From a virus: a DNA stretch of 48,670 nucleotides. The first letter of the stretch is position 1. Each line of letters opens with the position of its first letter. The DNA is taken from positions 1 through 48,670 of IMG/VR virus record IMGVR_UViG_3300027784_000001. The stretch is one strand, 5' to 3'. The translations under genes were made by a program, and so were the position numbers. The notes under the pieces are model-generated. The model saw only the letters and a list, made by a program, of their open reading frames with translations. It had not been told where the DNA came from and did not search any database. Shown here piece after piece: positions 6,907-16,265 of the stretch.

Positions 6907-8298
6907 ATGGCTAATGAGCAGTTCGAGGCTGTCCATGACAGCATCAAAAACTATATCACGAATGTCGGGACGAGTAAAGACCCGATAGAGCATGGGCGGC
7001 CATCATACGGAGAAAGGCTGACCCCTAACGAGCTCGATGCCGCCTTCGTACAGAATGACTTGGCCCGGCGTATCATCACCGAGCTACCCACGGACTCAAT
7101 CCGCACCGGCCTCCCGCCCATGGTCTACGCGGACACCGGGGAGAAGGTGGAGCTTCCCTTTAGGCAAGAGCGCGAGCTCATCGACAAAATTAAGATGGGG
7201 GCTATCAACGGGCGCCTGTACGGCGGCGCTTTCATCTTGTGCATCACCGAAGAGACCGAGAACCTCGCGGAGCCTATCGACTGGGATAACCCGCCGAAGG
7301 CCGTCAACACCATTGGGCTAGACCGCTATGAGGCCGTGCCCACAGAGTGGGGCAAGGATGCCTTCCGAGAGGACTTCCAAAAGCCCCGCTTCTACTCTAT
7401 CCACCCCCAAGGGCGATCCGCTAAGCATAAGCGCTACCCGCGAGTGCACCGCAGCCGGCTCCTGCCCTTCCACGGGAACAAGCTCCCCAAGCGCATTCGC
7501 AAGCGCAACCAAGACTACCACGACTCCGTGCTACAGGTTGTGTGGTCTTGCATCTCCCGCTATGTCCAGTCTGAGAAGTCGGTGGCCAATATCATCAACC
7601 GCTTCGAGATTGCCACTATGTCCATCAGTGGGCTGCGCGATGCTATGTCCACAGAAGAGGGCGTAGAGATGGTGGAAACGCGCATGGATATGCTGCACCG
7701 CAGCTTGTCTATACTCAAGCTTGCCATGATCGATGCTGACGCCGGCGAACAGTATAGCCGACAGTTCGCACAGGTGAACGGCTTGGAGCTCCTGCTGGAC
7801 CGGCTAGCCCAGTCTGTGGCGAAAGCTGCGCGGTATCCCATGACCCAGCTGTTCGGTGAGGACAGTGCTGGCATACGCGGAGACGACGAGGCCGGAGCCA
7901 AGGCTTGGCGAAAGCAGGTAGAAGAGTACCAGATTAATGATTTACTTGACCCTACCCTGCGACTGGTTAGTGTAGTTACTGGACGTAGAGTTGAGCCCGT
8001 GCGCTCTGCCGATGGCACCGTTAGATGGGGCCTCGCAGAGAGCCCTCGACCCATCGACCAAGCCCGAATTGATGAGAAGCGAAAGGACTGGGTTACTGGG
8101 CTACTGACCGACGGCGTTATTACCCTCCGAGAAGCCCGCCAACTCATGGCACAAGACGAAATTGACTGGAGTGACTACAGTGAAATTGAGGCCGACGACT
8201 ACAGCGGCGAAGCAGAGCCAGAGCCGGGAGTGGACCCTGCTGAGGGACCGGGCACCGAATCTGGAGCCCCTGAACCCGGAGGCGGAGTATCGGTATAA
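6907..8298 (+). CDS. Portal protein
   Basis: 463 aa from ATG 6907 (GAGG RBS), directly after terL, with an acidic C-terminal tail. Size and context fit the DUF1073-type portals that pair with the downstream scaffold/capsid genes. Confidence 0.75.
   Translation: MANEQFEAVHDSIKNYITNVGTSKDPIEHGRPSYGERLTPNELDAAFVQNDLARRIITELPTDSIRTGLPPMVYADTGEKVELPFRQERELIDKIKMGAINGRLYGGAFILCITEETENLAEPIDWDNPPKAVNTIGLDRYEAVPTEWGKDAFREDFQKPRFYSIHPQGRSAKHKRYPRVHRSRLLPFHGNKLPKRIRKRNQDYHDSVLQVVWSCISRYVQSEKSVANIINRFEIATMSISGLRDAMSTEEGVEMVETRMDMLHRSLSILKLAMIDADAGEQYSRQFAQVNGLELLLDRLAQSVAKAARYPMTQLFGEDSAGIRGDDEAGAKAWRKQVEEYQINDLLDPTLRLVSVVTGRRVEPVRSADGTVRWGLAESPRPIDQARIDEKRKDWVTGLLTDGVITLREARQLMAQDEIDWSDYSEIEADDYSGEAEPEPGVDPAEGPGTESGAPEPGGGVSV
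6950..6978 (-). promoter_or_regulatory. Candidate sigma70 promoter for the antisense gene: TTTACT-N17-TGaTATAGT (extended -10), embedded in the portal 5' coding region
   Basis: On the minus strand the -35 is at 6978-6973 and the -10 at 6955-6950, with TG at -15/-14. It lies about 55 nt upstream of the ATG at 6889. Confidence 0.4.
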
Positions 8299-9373
8299 CC
8301 GGGAAGCGCCAGAGCGGCCTGCCTCTGTAAAAGAGCTGCCTAACGGCTCTTGGGAAGTAGAGGGCTATCTGGCCGCCACCGGCGTACTCACCTACGAAAC
8401 GGACGTGCCGGAGAAGCCCTTCCAGTACGTGCCGGAATCGACGCTCAAGGCCTCGCTCGACCAGATTGCCGGGCTCCCGGTTACGATTGAGCACCCTCCG
8501 GGCCTGCTGGACCCGCAGAATATCAAGGCATACATTGTTGGAGTGACCAAAGAAGCTAAATGGGACGCCGATAAGGAGGCAATATGGGTTAAGCTGATTT
8601 TGTATACAGAGGAAGCCCACGAGGCCCTAGAGGATAAGCAGGGGCTATCCCCCGGCTATCTGGCTAATGTCGTACCCGGCGCCCCCGACGGCGTAGATGC
8701 AACGCATACACAAAAAGAAAGACGCTATAATCACATTGCTATCACGGCTGCTGGTCGTGGAGGAGAAGAGATGGCCCTACAAGTAGATTCGGAAGGACTC
8801 ATCGCCAACTTTGATGCTGCCGATGGCGGCAAAGACGAAGAAGAGCAAGAGGACGAGAAAGACGAGAAGCATGACGAGGAGGATGAGCAAGAAGAGGAGC
8901 AAGAGGACGAGAAAGAAGAACAAGAAGACGAAGAGCCCACGCTAGATGGCGTTATGGAGACGGTCGACGCGCTCCGGGCGCAGGTGGATGAGCTCAAGTC
9001 TACAGTCGATGCTATGAACGAGGGAGAGCAGACGGACTCTGTGCCTGTACATAAACAGATGCAAGAGTATGTTGGAGCAGTGAACACTGCCCGGATGCTC
9101 GGCGTCCAGTTTGACTCCGAAGATGATGCCGCGCAGATTAAGCGGAAGGTTGTCCAAGAGCGAGCGAAACGCGACGTGAGTAACGAGCGCCAAGGCTACA
9201 TTGACGAGAGATATCGCGCCATCGTCGATATGAACCCCCAAGCTGATTCTGTAGCGCACCTGTCGGCGGCCTTCGGCGGCAGCCCCTCGGACGACTCGCT
9301 GAATCCCGCTGAGGCCCTCGGCGACTTGCCCGCCCCCACGAACCCCTTCGACTCCCCCAAAGGAGATAAGTAA
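8162..9373 (+). CDS. Prohead scaffold/protease-like protein (DUF2213-like) with a long acidic low-complexity insert
   Basis: Positioned portal -> this gene -> capsid. N-terminal region has NGSWEVEGYLAATGVLTYE...LPVTIEHP. It carries a DEEEQEDEKDEKHDEEDEQEEEQEDEKEEQEDEE tract. The start is uncertain: no in-frame ATG until residue ~200, only TTG/GTG/CTG candidates inside the portal 3' end. Confidence 0.6.
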   Translation: MTGVTTVKLRPTTTAAKQSQSREWTLLRDRAPNLEPLNPEAEYRYNREAPERPASVKELPNGSWEVEGYLAATGVLTYETDVPEKPFQYVPESTLKASLDQIAGLPVTIEHPPGLLDPQNIKAYIVGVTKEAKWDADKEAIWVKLILYTEEAHEALEDKQGLSPGYLANVVPGAPDGVDATHTQKERRYNHIAITAAGRGGEEMALQVDSEGLIANFDAADGGKDEEEQEDEKDEKHDEEDEQEEEQEDEKEEQEDEEPTLDGVMETVDALRAQVDELKSTVDAMNEGEQTDSVPVHKQMQEYVGAVNTARMLGVQFDSEDDAAQIKRKVVQERAKRDVSNERQGYIDERYRAIVDMNPQADSVAHLSAAFGGSPSDDSLNPAEALGDLPAPTNPFDSPKGDK

Positions 9374-10155
9374 TGAGTATTGAACAGAGAGCAGTACTAC
9401 GCAACTTGCCCAAGGGGAACCTCGGGCGCATCCTTTCGCCTCCGTACCATACGGAAGTGATCAACATGCCGTTTACGGAGCGGACGCCAGCTTCGTTTGA
9501 CTTCACAGTTATGGAAGCTGAGGCTGGAGACTATACCATCGTAGTTGATGGCGAGGCCGTGACCTACACCGCGGAGTCCTCGGATTCTGTCATGGATATT
9601 GCCGAGGGGCTGGTCGATGCAATCAACGATAATTTTATCGCTTCCGCCTCTGTTGTCGCAGAGGGGAACCAAGACGATACGTTTGTCCTGACGGGCAAGT
9701 CCAAGCTAACTACTTACGACGTGAGTATCCAGTCGGGCGACCTCTTGCTTACGACCACGGACGGTGATATGGGCGAAGCCTTCCCTGTGGCCCATCCGGT
9801 CTATGCTGACGACGGCATGGCCTCGCTTGAGCCTCCCGAGGGCACTTCCCACGTTGACGCCCTGATTGGATTCAGCGCCTACCGCTATGACTCTGAAAAG
9901 ATGACTATTGGCGGCAGCGGCCTGCTGGCCGGTACCGGGCTCGACCTCTTCCATTACGCGCCCTCGGATATTCTCGTTATCTTGCGAGATGGGCGAATCT
10001 TGGTAGACGTGCCGGGAGCCAAGGCGGGCATGCCTGCTTACCTCGGAGTGGACGGCGACGATGAGCACCAGTTGTTTGCCGAGGACGGCCCTGACCGCGA
10101 GGCAGTTCCGGGCCTGAGCTTCGATGAATCCGACGAATTGCGAGTGAAACTCTAA
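9373..10155 (+). CDS. Head protein of unknown role (possible decoration or scaffold accessory protein)
   Basis: 260-aa ORF with an AAGGAG RBS, between the scaffold-like and capsid genes. Confidence 0.6.
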   Translation: MSIEQRAVLRNLPKGNLGRILSPPYHTEVINMPFTERTPASFDFTVMEAEAGDYTIVVDGEAVTYTAESSDSVMDIAEGLVDAINDNFIASASVVAEGNQDDTFVLTGKSKLTTYDVSIQSGDLLLTTTDGDMGEAFPVAHPVYADDGMASLEPPEGTSHVDALIGFSAYRYDSEKMTIGGSGLLAGTGLDLFHYAPSDILVILRDGRILVDVPGAKAGMPAYLGVDGDDEHQLFAEDGPDREAVPGLSFDESDELRVKL

Positions 10156-10165
10156 GGAGAATATA

Positions 10166-11305
10166 ATGACGCTTTATAGTGTACAACAAGACAGCGCTCA
10201 AGGGGGGTTCCGGCCCCGCCCCGATAGTCCTATCGGGGAAGAGCTACAGCAACAGTGCTTCGACTCTGCGGACGTGCTACATAAAGACCGCAAGAGCTCG
10301 CAGAATAAAGAGGCTAGCCGCCGGTTCCAAAAGAACCGTGCGTTTGCCTACGAGTTGCTGCAAGACGCCAAGAACAGCCCCCGCTTTGGCGGGCTCAATC
10401 TCGACTCTCGGGACCTCCGTGCCGAGGCCGCTGGCTTTGCCCGCGAGCTAGAGCATGTCTACTCGGAGATGAATCGGGACCTCTACGCGCCTAATAGCGC
10501 GTTCGAGCTGTTTGAAACTGACACTTCTCCGCCCGCCGGCAAGAAGTATCACACCGTGCAGCGAATCAAGCACAAGGGCGATGCGCACTACTTCCGAGGC
10601 GACTCCAGCCGACGGGGTAACGCGGACGTGGCGACCACTGAGAAGCGGTTCCCCATCCACCCCATCGTGACCACCATCCGCTTCGATTTCTTCGATGCGC
10701 TGGCCAATAACTTTATGGCGATGGACCTTGAGCGTGAGCTTGACGAGGCGGCCAGCCAAGTCCTCATGAATTTTAAGAATGACAAGACGTTCTCTGGCCA
10801 AGACGACCTCGAAATTCGGGGCATCTTCAATTACGATTGGAACCCCGAGGGAATGGCCTCGATGGACCTTGAGGACAGCACCAACCCGGAAGGGATTATC
10901 CAAGAGGTGGGCCAGCTCTTCAACCGCGCCTATAACGAATCGCGCCAGCGGTTCTATCCCAACCGCATCATCGTGCCGCCCAGCACCAAGCAGGTGTGGA
11001 AGCGGACCTACCGCTCTGCGCAGTCTGACAAGACGGTGTACGATGCGATTATGGAGAATAACGAGCGCCTCGAAAGCATTGAGACCGCGCACGAGATGGC
11101 CGACTACGGGCCTGACGGTGCCAAGTCGATGCTGATGGACCGCAAGGGCGACCGCGCGACGATCTCCAACGTCATCCCTGCCCCGCCCTCCATTCTGGAA
11201 ATGCAGCGCACCGGCTTCCAAATTGAGATTCCGATGTTCATGCTGGACGGCGGAATCATCATGCGCAAGCCCCTCAACACGTACCTCATTCACTGGAGCG
11301 AGTAA
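10166..11305 (+). CDS. Major capsid protein (DUF2184 / HK97-fold type, tentative)
   Basis: 379 aa with an AAGGAG RBS, in the canonical position after portal and scaffold. Confidence 0.65.
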   Translation: MTLYSVQQDSAQGGFRPRPDSPIGEELQQQCFDSADVLHKDRKSSQNKEASRRFQKNRAFAYELLQDAKNSPRFGGLNLDSRDLRAEAAGFARELEHVYSEMNRDLYAPNSAFELFETDTSPPAGKKYHTVQRIKHKGDAHYFRGDSSRRGNADVATTEKRFPIHPIVTTIRFDFFDALANNFMAMDLERELDEAASQVLMNFKNDKTFSGQDDLEIRGIFNYDWNPEGMASMDLEDSTNPEGIIQEVGQLFNRAYNESRQRFYPNRIIVPPSTKQVWKRTYRSAQSDKTVYDAIMENNERLESIETAHEMADYGPDGAKSMLMDRKGDRATISNVIPAPPSILEMQRTGFQIEIPMFMLDGGIIMRKPLNTYLIHWSE

Positions 11306-11589
11306 TGGCTATCATCCGCAACCACACTGAGAAGGCGTATCTCATCCCCACTAAGACCACAAAGGAGGCCCGCGTAAGGTCTGTTGTTGTGGCCGACAAC
11401 AAGCCGGTGGTCACCTACGACCATATCGAGTACGAGGCCGCCGGCGAGCCGGTCGAGCTGGGGCCTGCCCTAGAGAGAGGGCGCTCTTCCGATACGGAGG
11501 TCACTAAGGAGGTGGCCGAGTACGTCCGGGAAAACGAGTTCTTCAAGAAGCTACTCGGCTCGGGCTCGCTGACCATCATGGAACAGTAA
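11305..11589 (+). CDS. Small head-associated hypothetical protein
   Basis: 94-aa ORF coupled to the capsid gene (ATG overlaps the capsid stop). Confidence 0.55.
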   Translation: MAIIRNHTEKAYLIPTKTTKEARVRSVVVADNKPVVTYDHIEYEAAGEPVELGPALERGRSSDTEVTKEVAEYVRENEFFKKLLGSGSLTIMEQ

Positions 11590-11598
11590 GGAGTAGTT

Positions 11599-11964
11599 AT
11601 GGGCCAGTCTATAGGCGAGCTTTTCGAGACTCTAGTCCCACAGGCTAGGGAGCTATCAGAAGAGCAACAAGAGGTGTTCCTCAATCTTGCAGCAGCGCAG
11701 ATTGACAAGTCCATCTTCGGGGGAGTCTATAGGCAGGCCCTTTGCTACCTTGCTGGCCACTTCATGATTATGTCCCGCAAACGTGATGGCGTGGGCGGGG
11801 CGCTGACCGGGCGACGGGCTGGGGAGGTCTCGGAGAATTACGGCGACCCCATGGTAGTTGGACAAGGAACGCTGTCTTCCACTTCCTATGGTATCATGTA
11901 TCGACAGCTCCAGCGCAGCAGAGTGGGCACGATGGCTACGGTGTCCGGGGGCAAGCATCGATGA
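11599..11964 (+). CDS. Head-tail connector / head completion protein (gp6 / DUF4054-like)
   Basis: 121 aa. Motif FGGVYRQALCYLAGHFMIM resembles head-tail connector families. Position is consistent. Confidence 0.5.
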   Translation: MGQSIGELFETLVPQARELSEEQQEVFLNLAAAQIDKSIFGGVYRQALCYLAGHFMIMSRKRDGVGGALTGRRAGEVSENYGDPMVVGQGTLSSTSYGIMYRQLQRSRVGTMATVSGGKHR

Positions 11965-12716
11965 AGATAAAGAAGTTTGAAGTAAAGGACAACGATAAAG
12001 GCTACGCGGCCTTCCGCGACCGCCTTGACGAGCTCTATGGCAAGTTTGACCACCAGATTGGCTTCTTCGATGCGCCCGACGATATAATCGAGAAGGCGTA
12101 CATTAACCAATTCGGAGGGGTAAGCAAAGACGGCTGGAATGTTCCGGGGCGCGCATTTATAACTGAGTTCTGGGACCACTCAAAAGATGCCATTCAGAAG
12201 ATGATTGTCGGGTATTATGAGGAGATAGCCAAGGGGAACATCGACTACGATAGCGCCGTTGCGGAGATGCGGGAAGAGCTGACCAACATGGCGAACACGT
12301 ACTTCGCCAGCAACCCGCTAAGCCCTCCGCTGAGCCAAGAGTGGCTGGAGGATAAAACCGGCCCCCACCAGATGAATGACACAGGGGCCATGCTCGACCA
12401 CCTGACGCTCCGTGTAGAGAAGCCGGGTCCCTCTCCACCGCCTCCGCCGCCTCCTCCACCGCCGCCGCCGAATACCGGGGGCCGCCCGCCCAGTCTAAAC
12501 ATCGGTAAGTCTATAATGTCGCTGGCCCGCTCGCTGATGGGGCCGGCCCTGTACGAAGGCTTCGGGCAGCGCGCACGGGCGGAATCAAAGGCCCTCCGCT
12601 CGACCACTAGAAACTATACGCCCGGCGGCACTAGGAACCCCATGAGGGACCTCGGCCGCTCCGACCTCTACAACCGGGGCCGCGGCCATTTCCCAAGTAC
12701 TGCAAGGGTACAATAA
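11961..12716 (+). CDS. Virion morphogenesis protein containing a run of 12 consecutive prolines
   Basis: 251-aa ORF. Codons 12435-12470 all encode Pro. Confidence 0.55.
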   Translation: MKIKKFEVKDNDKGYAAFRDRLDELYGKFDHQIGFFDAPDDIIEKAYINQFGGVSKDGWNVPGRAFITEFWDHSKDAIQKMIVGYYEEIAKGNIDYDSAVAEMREELTNMANTYFASNPLSPPLSQEWLEDKTGPHQMNDTGAMLDHLTLRVEKPGPSPPPPPPPPPPPPNTGGRPPSLNIGKSIMSLARSLMGPALYEGFGQRARAESKALRSTTRNYTPGGTRNPMRDLGRSDLYNRGRGHFPSTARVQ

Positions 12717-13159
12717 TGACTTCATTCGTTGGAGAAGAGCCAATCATAGTCCTGCGGCGAACGCTCGTGGGCCAAGACAAGGCCGGCAGGCCCGAGGGCA
12801 TCGAAGTTGAGACTTTCGGCGAGAACCGCCCGGTCGTGCTCGCCACGGTCAACCCGGTAGCCGGGGAGCTCTTGGACAGCATCCCGCCCGGCGAGGAGCT
12901 GGCGCACCACCGCCAATGCATCACCAACTTTGCCCTGCGCACAAGCGATGAGCAGCAGCGCACTTTCCCCGACTGGGTAGCTTACCGGGGCGACGTATAT
13001 ACGGTACGAGATATAAAAGCCTACGCTCGCGTTATCCCCTATACGCAGGCCCACTTGCGGCGAGTTAATGTGGTGGAAGCCGAACAAGAGATGCGCCACC
13101 ATATGGACGACTACCACGGCTCGAAACTAGAGGCCGCCCTACAGGGAGATTTAGGATGA
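12716..13159 (+). CDS. Head-tail joining / tail completion protein (hypothetical)
   Basis: 147-aa ORF with ATGA overlap to the upstream gene. Confidence 0.5.
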   Translation: MTSFVGEEPIIVLRRTLVGQDKAGRPEGIEVETFGENRPVVLATVNPVAGELLDSIPPGEELAHHRQCITNFALRTSDEQQRTFPDWVAYRGDVYTVRDIKAYARVIPYTQAHLRRVNVVEAEQEMRHHMDDYHGSKLEAALQGDLG

Positions 13160-13746
13160 GTATACCTTTCGCGGACTTCGAGGATAAATCGGATTTGCAG
13201 GTTACGGCCACGCCCAAAGCCAACAAGGTCACGGCTAAAGATATAAACCAGCTCCGGGATGCGGCAAACACTGCACTTGCTGCGCTCAATGACTGGGCGC
13301 TGGGCCAGCTATACACCCGCGAAGAGTTCAGCGTCTATATCGCTAATAGCGCGGACTACTTCGAGCTGGAGCCCGCCGGCCAAGCATTTACAGGAAACGA
13401 GGGCTTCGATAGCGAGGCGGGCAATGGGCTCACGTACACAGGATCGCCGCGCTTTTTCCGCATCAGTTCTATTGCTACGCTGGAGGGGCCGAGTAACCGC
13501 ACCCTCCGCTCTGCTATCCTCAAAAATGGGGTGCCCATTGAAAACTCAATCAGAGAGTTCCGCACTGGCCAAGGCGGCTCAGCCTTCGGCACTATCTCGG
13601 CTGGCGTTACGGAGCTCGTGGAGGGCGACCGAATTACTGTTGCGCTCCGCGCCCCGGCGCGCGCCGACTTTTCTGTGGACGTGCTATCGTTTAGCCTTGG
13701 CGCTTTTGTAGCCAGCCAGCCTATCATGGAGGTGCCGGAGCTATGA
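13156..13746 (+). CDS. Virion structural hypothetical protein
   Basis: 196-aa ORF in the head-tail block. Confidence 0.5.
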   Translation: MSIPFADFEDKSDLQVTATPKANKVTAKDINQLRDAANTALAALNDWALGQLYTREEFSVYIANSADYFELEPAGQAFTGNEGFDSEAGNGLTYTGSPRFFRISSIATLEGPSNRTLRSAILKNGVPIENSIREFRTGQGGSAFGTISAGVTELVEGDRITVALRAPARADFSVDVLSFSLGAFVASQPIMEVPEL

Positions 13747-14276
13747 ACCTCGAAGAGATAGTAGGATCGGAGACGGTAGATGAGCAGCTACTCCAGCTAC
13801 TCATGGGCTGGATTCAAAACGTATTCGGATATGACGACGAGAAGCTCCCCCAGTATTTCCGGTACGCAAGCCGCGGGACCATCCGCAATTTCCGGGAGCT
13901 TATGCCCTTCGTCGTTTACTGGTTCCCGGTGCTAGATATGCATATCGGGCAGGATGAGCTCATTCCCCGGCCCGACGAAGACGGTTACGCTTTAACAGGA
14001 GGCCGCGGCGGAGTAGTTTCGATGATAGGCTTCGGCAAGGCCACTGGCGAGCTGCTCACGCGACTGAGGGCCGCCGCCATCCCGGAGTTTAACACCGAGG
14101 GCTTCGACATTACGCCAGCCGGACCCAAAAACGATATTAGTGAATTTACCGACGCTTCTATTGACCAGAGCTGGGCCGCAGACTTCAACATCACGTACCG
14201 CATATCGAGTGACGGTATCTTCGTACCCGCTAAGTTCGCGCAGTCTACAGCAGATATAGACTTCACCATACAGTAG
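13743..14276 (+). CDS. Tail terminator / tail completion-like hypothetical protein
   Basis: 177-aa ORF immediately upstream of the sheath-like gene. Confidence 0.45.
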   Translation: MNLEEIVGSETVDEQLLQLLMGWIQNVFGYDDEKLPQYFRYASRGTIRNFRELMPFVVYWFPVLDMHIGQDELIPRPDEDGYALTGGRGGVVSMIGFGKATGELLTRLRAAAIPEFNTEGFDITPAGPKNDISEFTDASIDQSWAADFNITYRISSDGIFVPAKFAQSTADIDFTIQ

Positions 14277-14285
14277 AGGACTACA

Positions 14286-15356
14286 ATGCCCGCTAAATTT
14301 GACCAGTATGTACTCCAGCTCAACTTCAACCTCGCCCCTAGCCCCTCTTTTGCGGAGGGCTTCTCCCCCTACTTCCTAGTAGAGGAGCCAGAGTTCGACA
14401 GCGGGGAAGTCGTATCGGTGTTTAGCCCCGACGACGTAAGCGAGACGTGGGCGGACTACACGAAGGAGCTTGTAGAGCTCTGCTTCCGGCAGAATAAGAC
14501 GGCCACGCCCTTGCAGCTAGTGGGGGTAGGCGAGGGCGAGGCTGAGGAATCGCCCGGACAGAGGTATCTCGATGCGGCGCAGGCCCTCCAAGACGAGTTT
14601 GTGCCCATGCTGTGCATGCAGTCTATCGACCCCGCGGAGAAGGAGCCTGTTGCGCTCTTTTGCGAATTGAACGATATTATCTTCGTGCCCAAAACGGAGG
14701 GCGTCTTCGGGGATACGCCGGGACCGGAGTTCGAGGATGTTGAGGACTGGGTGGCCCCGATTGAAGTGGGGGAGTACGACGACGAAGAATGGCCCGATGG
14801 CCCGCCCGAAGCCGAGGCCGCTGTGGCCCGCTTCCTTGCTGCCGACCCCGACCGCAATGCCAAGCCCTTCCAGACCATTGTTGTGGGCGTAGACTCTACC
14901 GGGCTGGAGCTCCCCATGGGGAATCTTGCGCTGGAGGAGGGCTGGAATTTCTTTTCCGACGACCGCCAAGACAACACGTGGCTAACCGGCGGGACTACTG
15001 TCTCCCGGCGCCAAGTCGCAGAGCTCATCGGCGTCCTCGTCTTTAAGCAGCGCTTTCTGGAGGCACTGGCCGCGGAGCTTGTGCGGCTCGACTCCGAAGA
15101 TGGGGCCTTCCCCATTAGCGCGGAAGGTCAAGAGATGGTCGGCACGCTGGCCTTCGGCGTATACGATCGGCTGGCGGGCGCTGGCCACTTCGTAGAGGGC
15201 GGCTTTGAAGACCGCGATGAGGAGGGCAACCTGCCCGAGATTACCCCTGACCATATTGCGAGCGGTACGCTGCCCATCGAGTTCCGCCTCCAGCACCAGA
15301 CCGGCGCTCTGCGCATCGGCGGCGATGTCAACTTCCAGCGACAAGCTATCACTTAA
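14286..15356 (+). CDS. Tail sheath-like protein (short DUF3383-type)
   Basis: 356 aa. Gene order is sheath, tube, frameshifted chaperone, tape measure, as in Mu/P2-like myoviruses. Confidence 0.6.
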   Translation: MPAKFDQYVLQLNFNLAPSPSFAEGFSPYFLVEEPEFDSGEVVSVFSPDDVSETWADYTKELVELCFRQNKTATPLQLVGVGEGEAEESPGQRYLDAAQALQDEFVPMLCMQSIDPAEKEPVALFCELNDIIFVPKTEGVFGDTPGPEFEDVEDWVAPIEVGEYDDEEWPDGPPEAEAAVARFLAADPDRNAKPFQTIVVGVDSTGLELPMGNLALEEGWNFFSDDRQDNTWLTGGTTVSRRQVAELIGVLVFKQRFLEALAAELVRLDSEDGAFPISAEGQEMVGTLAFGVYDRLAGAGHFVEGGFEDRDEEGNLPEITPDHIASGTLPIEFRLQHQTGALRIGGDVNFQRQAIT

Positions 15357-15367
15357 GGAGATAACCC

Positions 15368-15847
15368 ATGATTATGCCAAGCCAGTTCTATAACTTCCGA
15401 GCCAACGCCGTCATGATTGGCGGTGCCCGAATCCGGGGCTTCGGAGAAGATGGAGGCATCGAGTACAGCTTTGACTCTGCTATCCACGAGAAGATGGTGT
15501 CCCCCGACGGGCAGACCGTCTACTCCAAGCAGAATAACTACGACGTACAAGCTACCATTACGCTGCATGCCCAGAGCACCGGGCACCAGTGGCTATGGAA
15601 TTTGTTACAATCGCAGGTGTTCACCACGGATAATCAAGGCATTGTGCCCATCCCGTTCAAGCATATCGACCAGACTAACGGGGACCTGATTATCTGCCCT
15701 AATATCGTGTTTATGGACTTCCCGGAGCCGAACAAGGGCCAGAACGTCTCTAACGTGGAGTACGTTATTGACTTGCCCAACGCCGCCTTTACCATGCAGC
15801 AGGGCGTCAAGAACATCCCTAATCAGCTCTTGGGCAACGAAGAGTAA
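15368..15847 (+). CDS. Tail tube protein (DUF3277-type)
   Basis: 159 aa with an AAGGAG RBS, between the sheath-like gene and the chaperone. Confidence 0.6.
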   Translation: MIMPSQFYNFRANAVMIGGARIRGFGEDGGIEYSFDSAIHEKMVSPDGQTVYSKQNNYDVQATITLHAQSTGHQWLWNLLQSQVFTTDNQGIVPIPFKHIDQTNGDLIICPNIVFMDFPEPNKGQNVSNVEYVIDLPNAAFTMQQGVKNIPNQLLGNEE

Positions 15848-15875
15848 TCAACCCAGCATATAGAAAGGAGATAAC

Positions 15876-16265
15876 ATGGCGAAAAAAGAAATTAACGGCC
15901 ACACTTATATAGTCGAGCCGCACCCTGTCCGAGAGATCCAAGGCTTCGCCCGGCGCTTCGCGGCGCTAGCCAGCGGCCCAGTGCTCTCTATGCTGGGCGG
16001 GGCCGCGGAGAGTGGCGAGGGCATGGATATGGAGCTCTCTAAGCTCGACTCTAAGGATATTCAAGAGTCGCTCTTGTTCCTCGTGGACAATATCAGCGAC
16101 GACGAGCTCGACCAGCTGTTTGAGTACACCCGCAGAGATGGGGCTCCGCTGGCTAACGAAGTCAATTACAATGAAGCCTTTAAGGGCAAGTGGGCCGACT
16201 GGTACAAAGTGCTGGTATTCATCCTGCGGACCAACGGGTTCCTTGATTTTTTGTCCTCACCGTAG
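15876..16265 (+). CDS. Tail assembly chaperone, short (in-frame) product
   Basis: 129 aa, AAGGAG RBS, acidic, directly upstream of the tape measure gene. Confidence 0.7.
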   Translation: MAKKEINGHTYIVEPHPVREIQGFARRFAALASGPVLSMLGGAAESGEGMDMELSKLDSKDIQESLLFLVDNISDDELDQLFEYTRRDGAPLANEVNYNEAFKGKWADWYKVLVFILRTNGFLDFLSSP

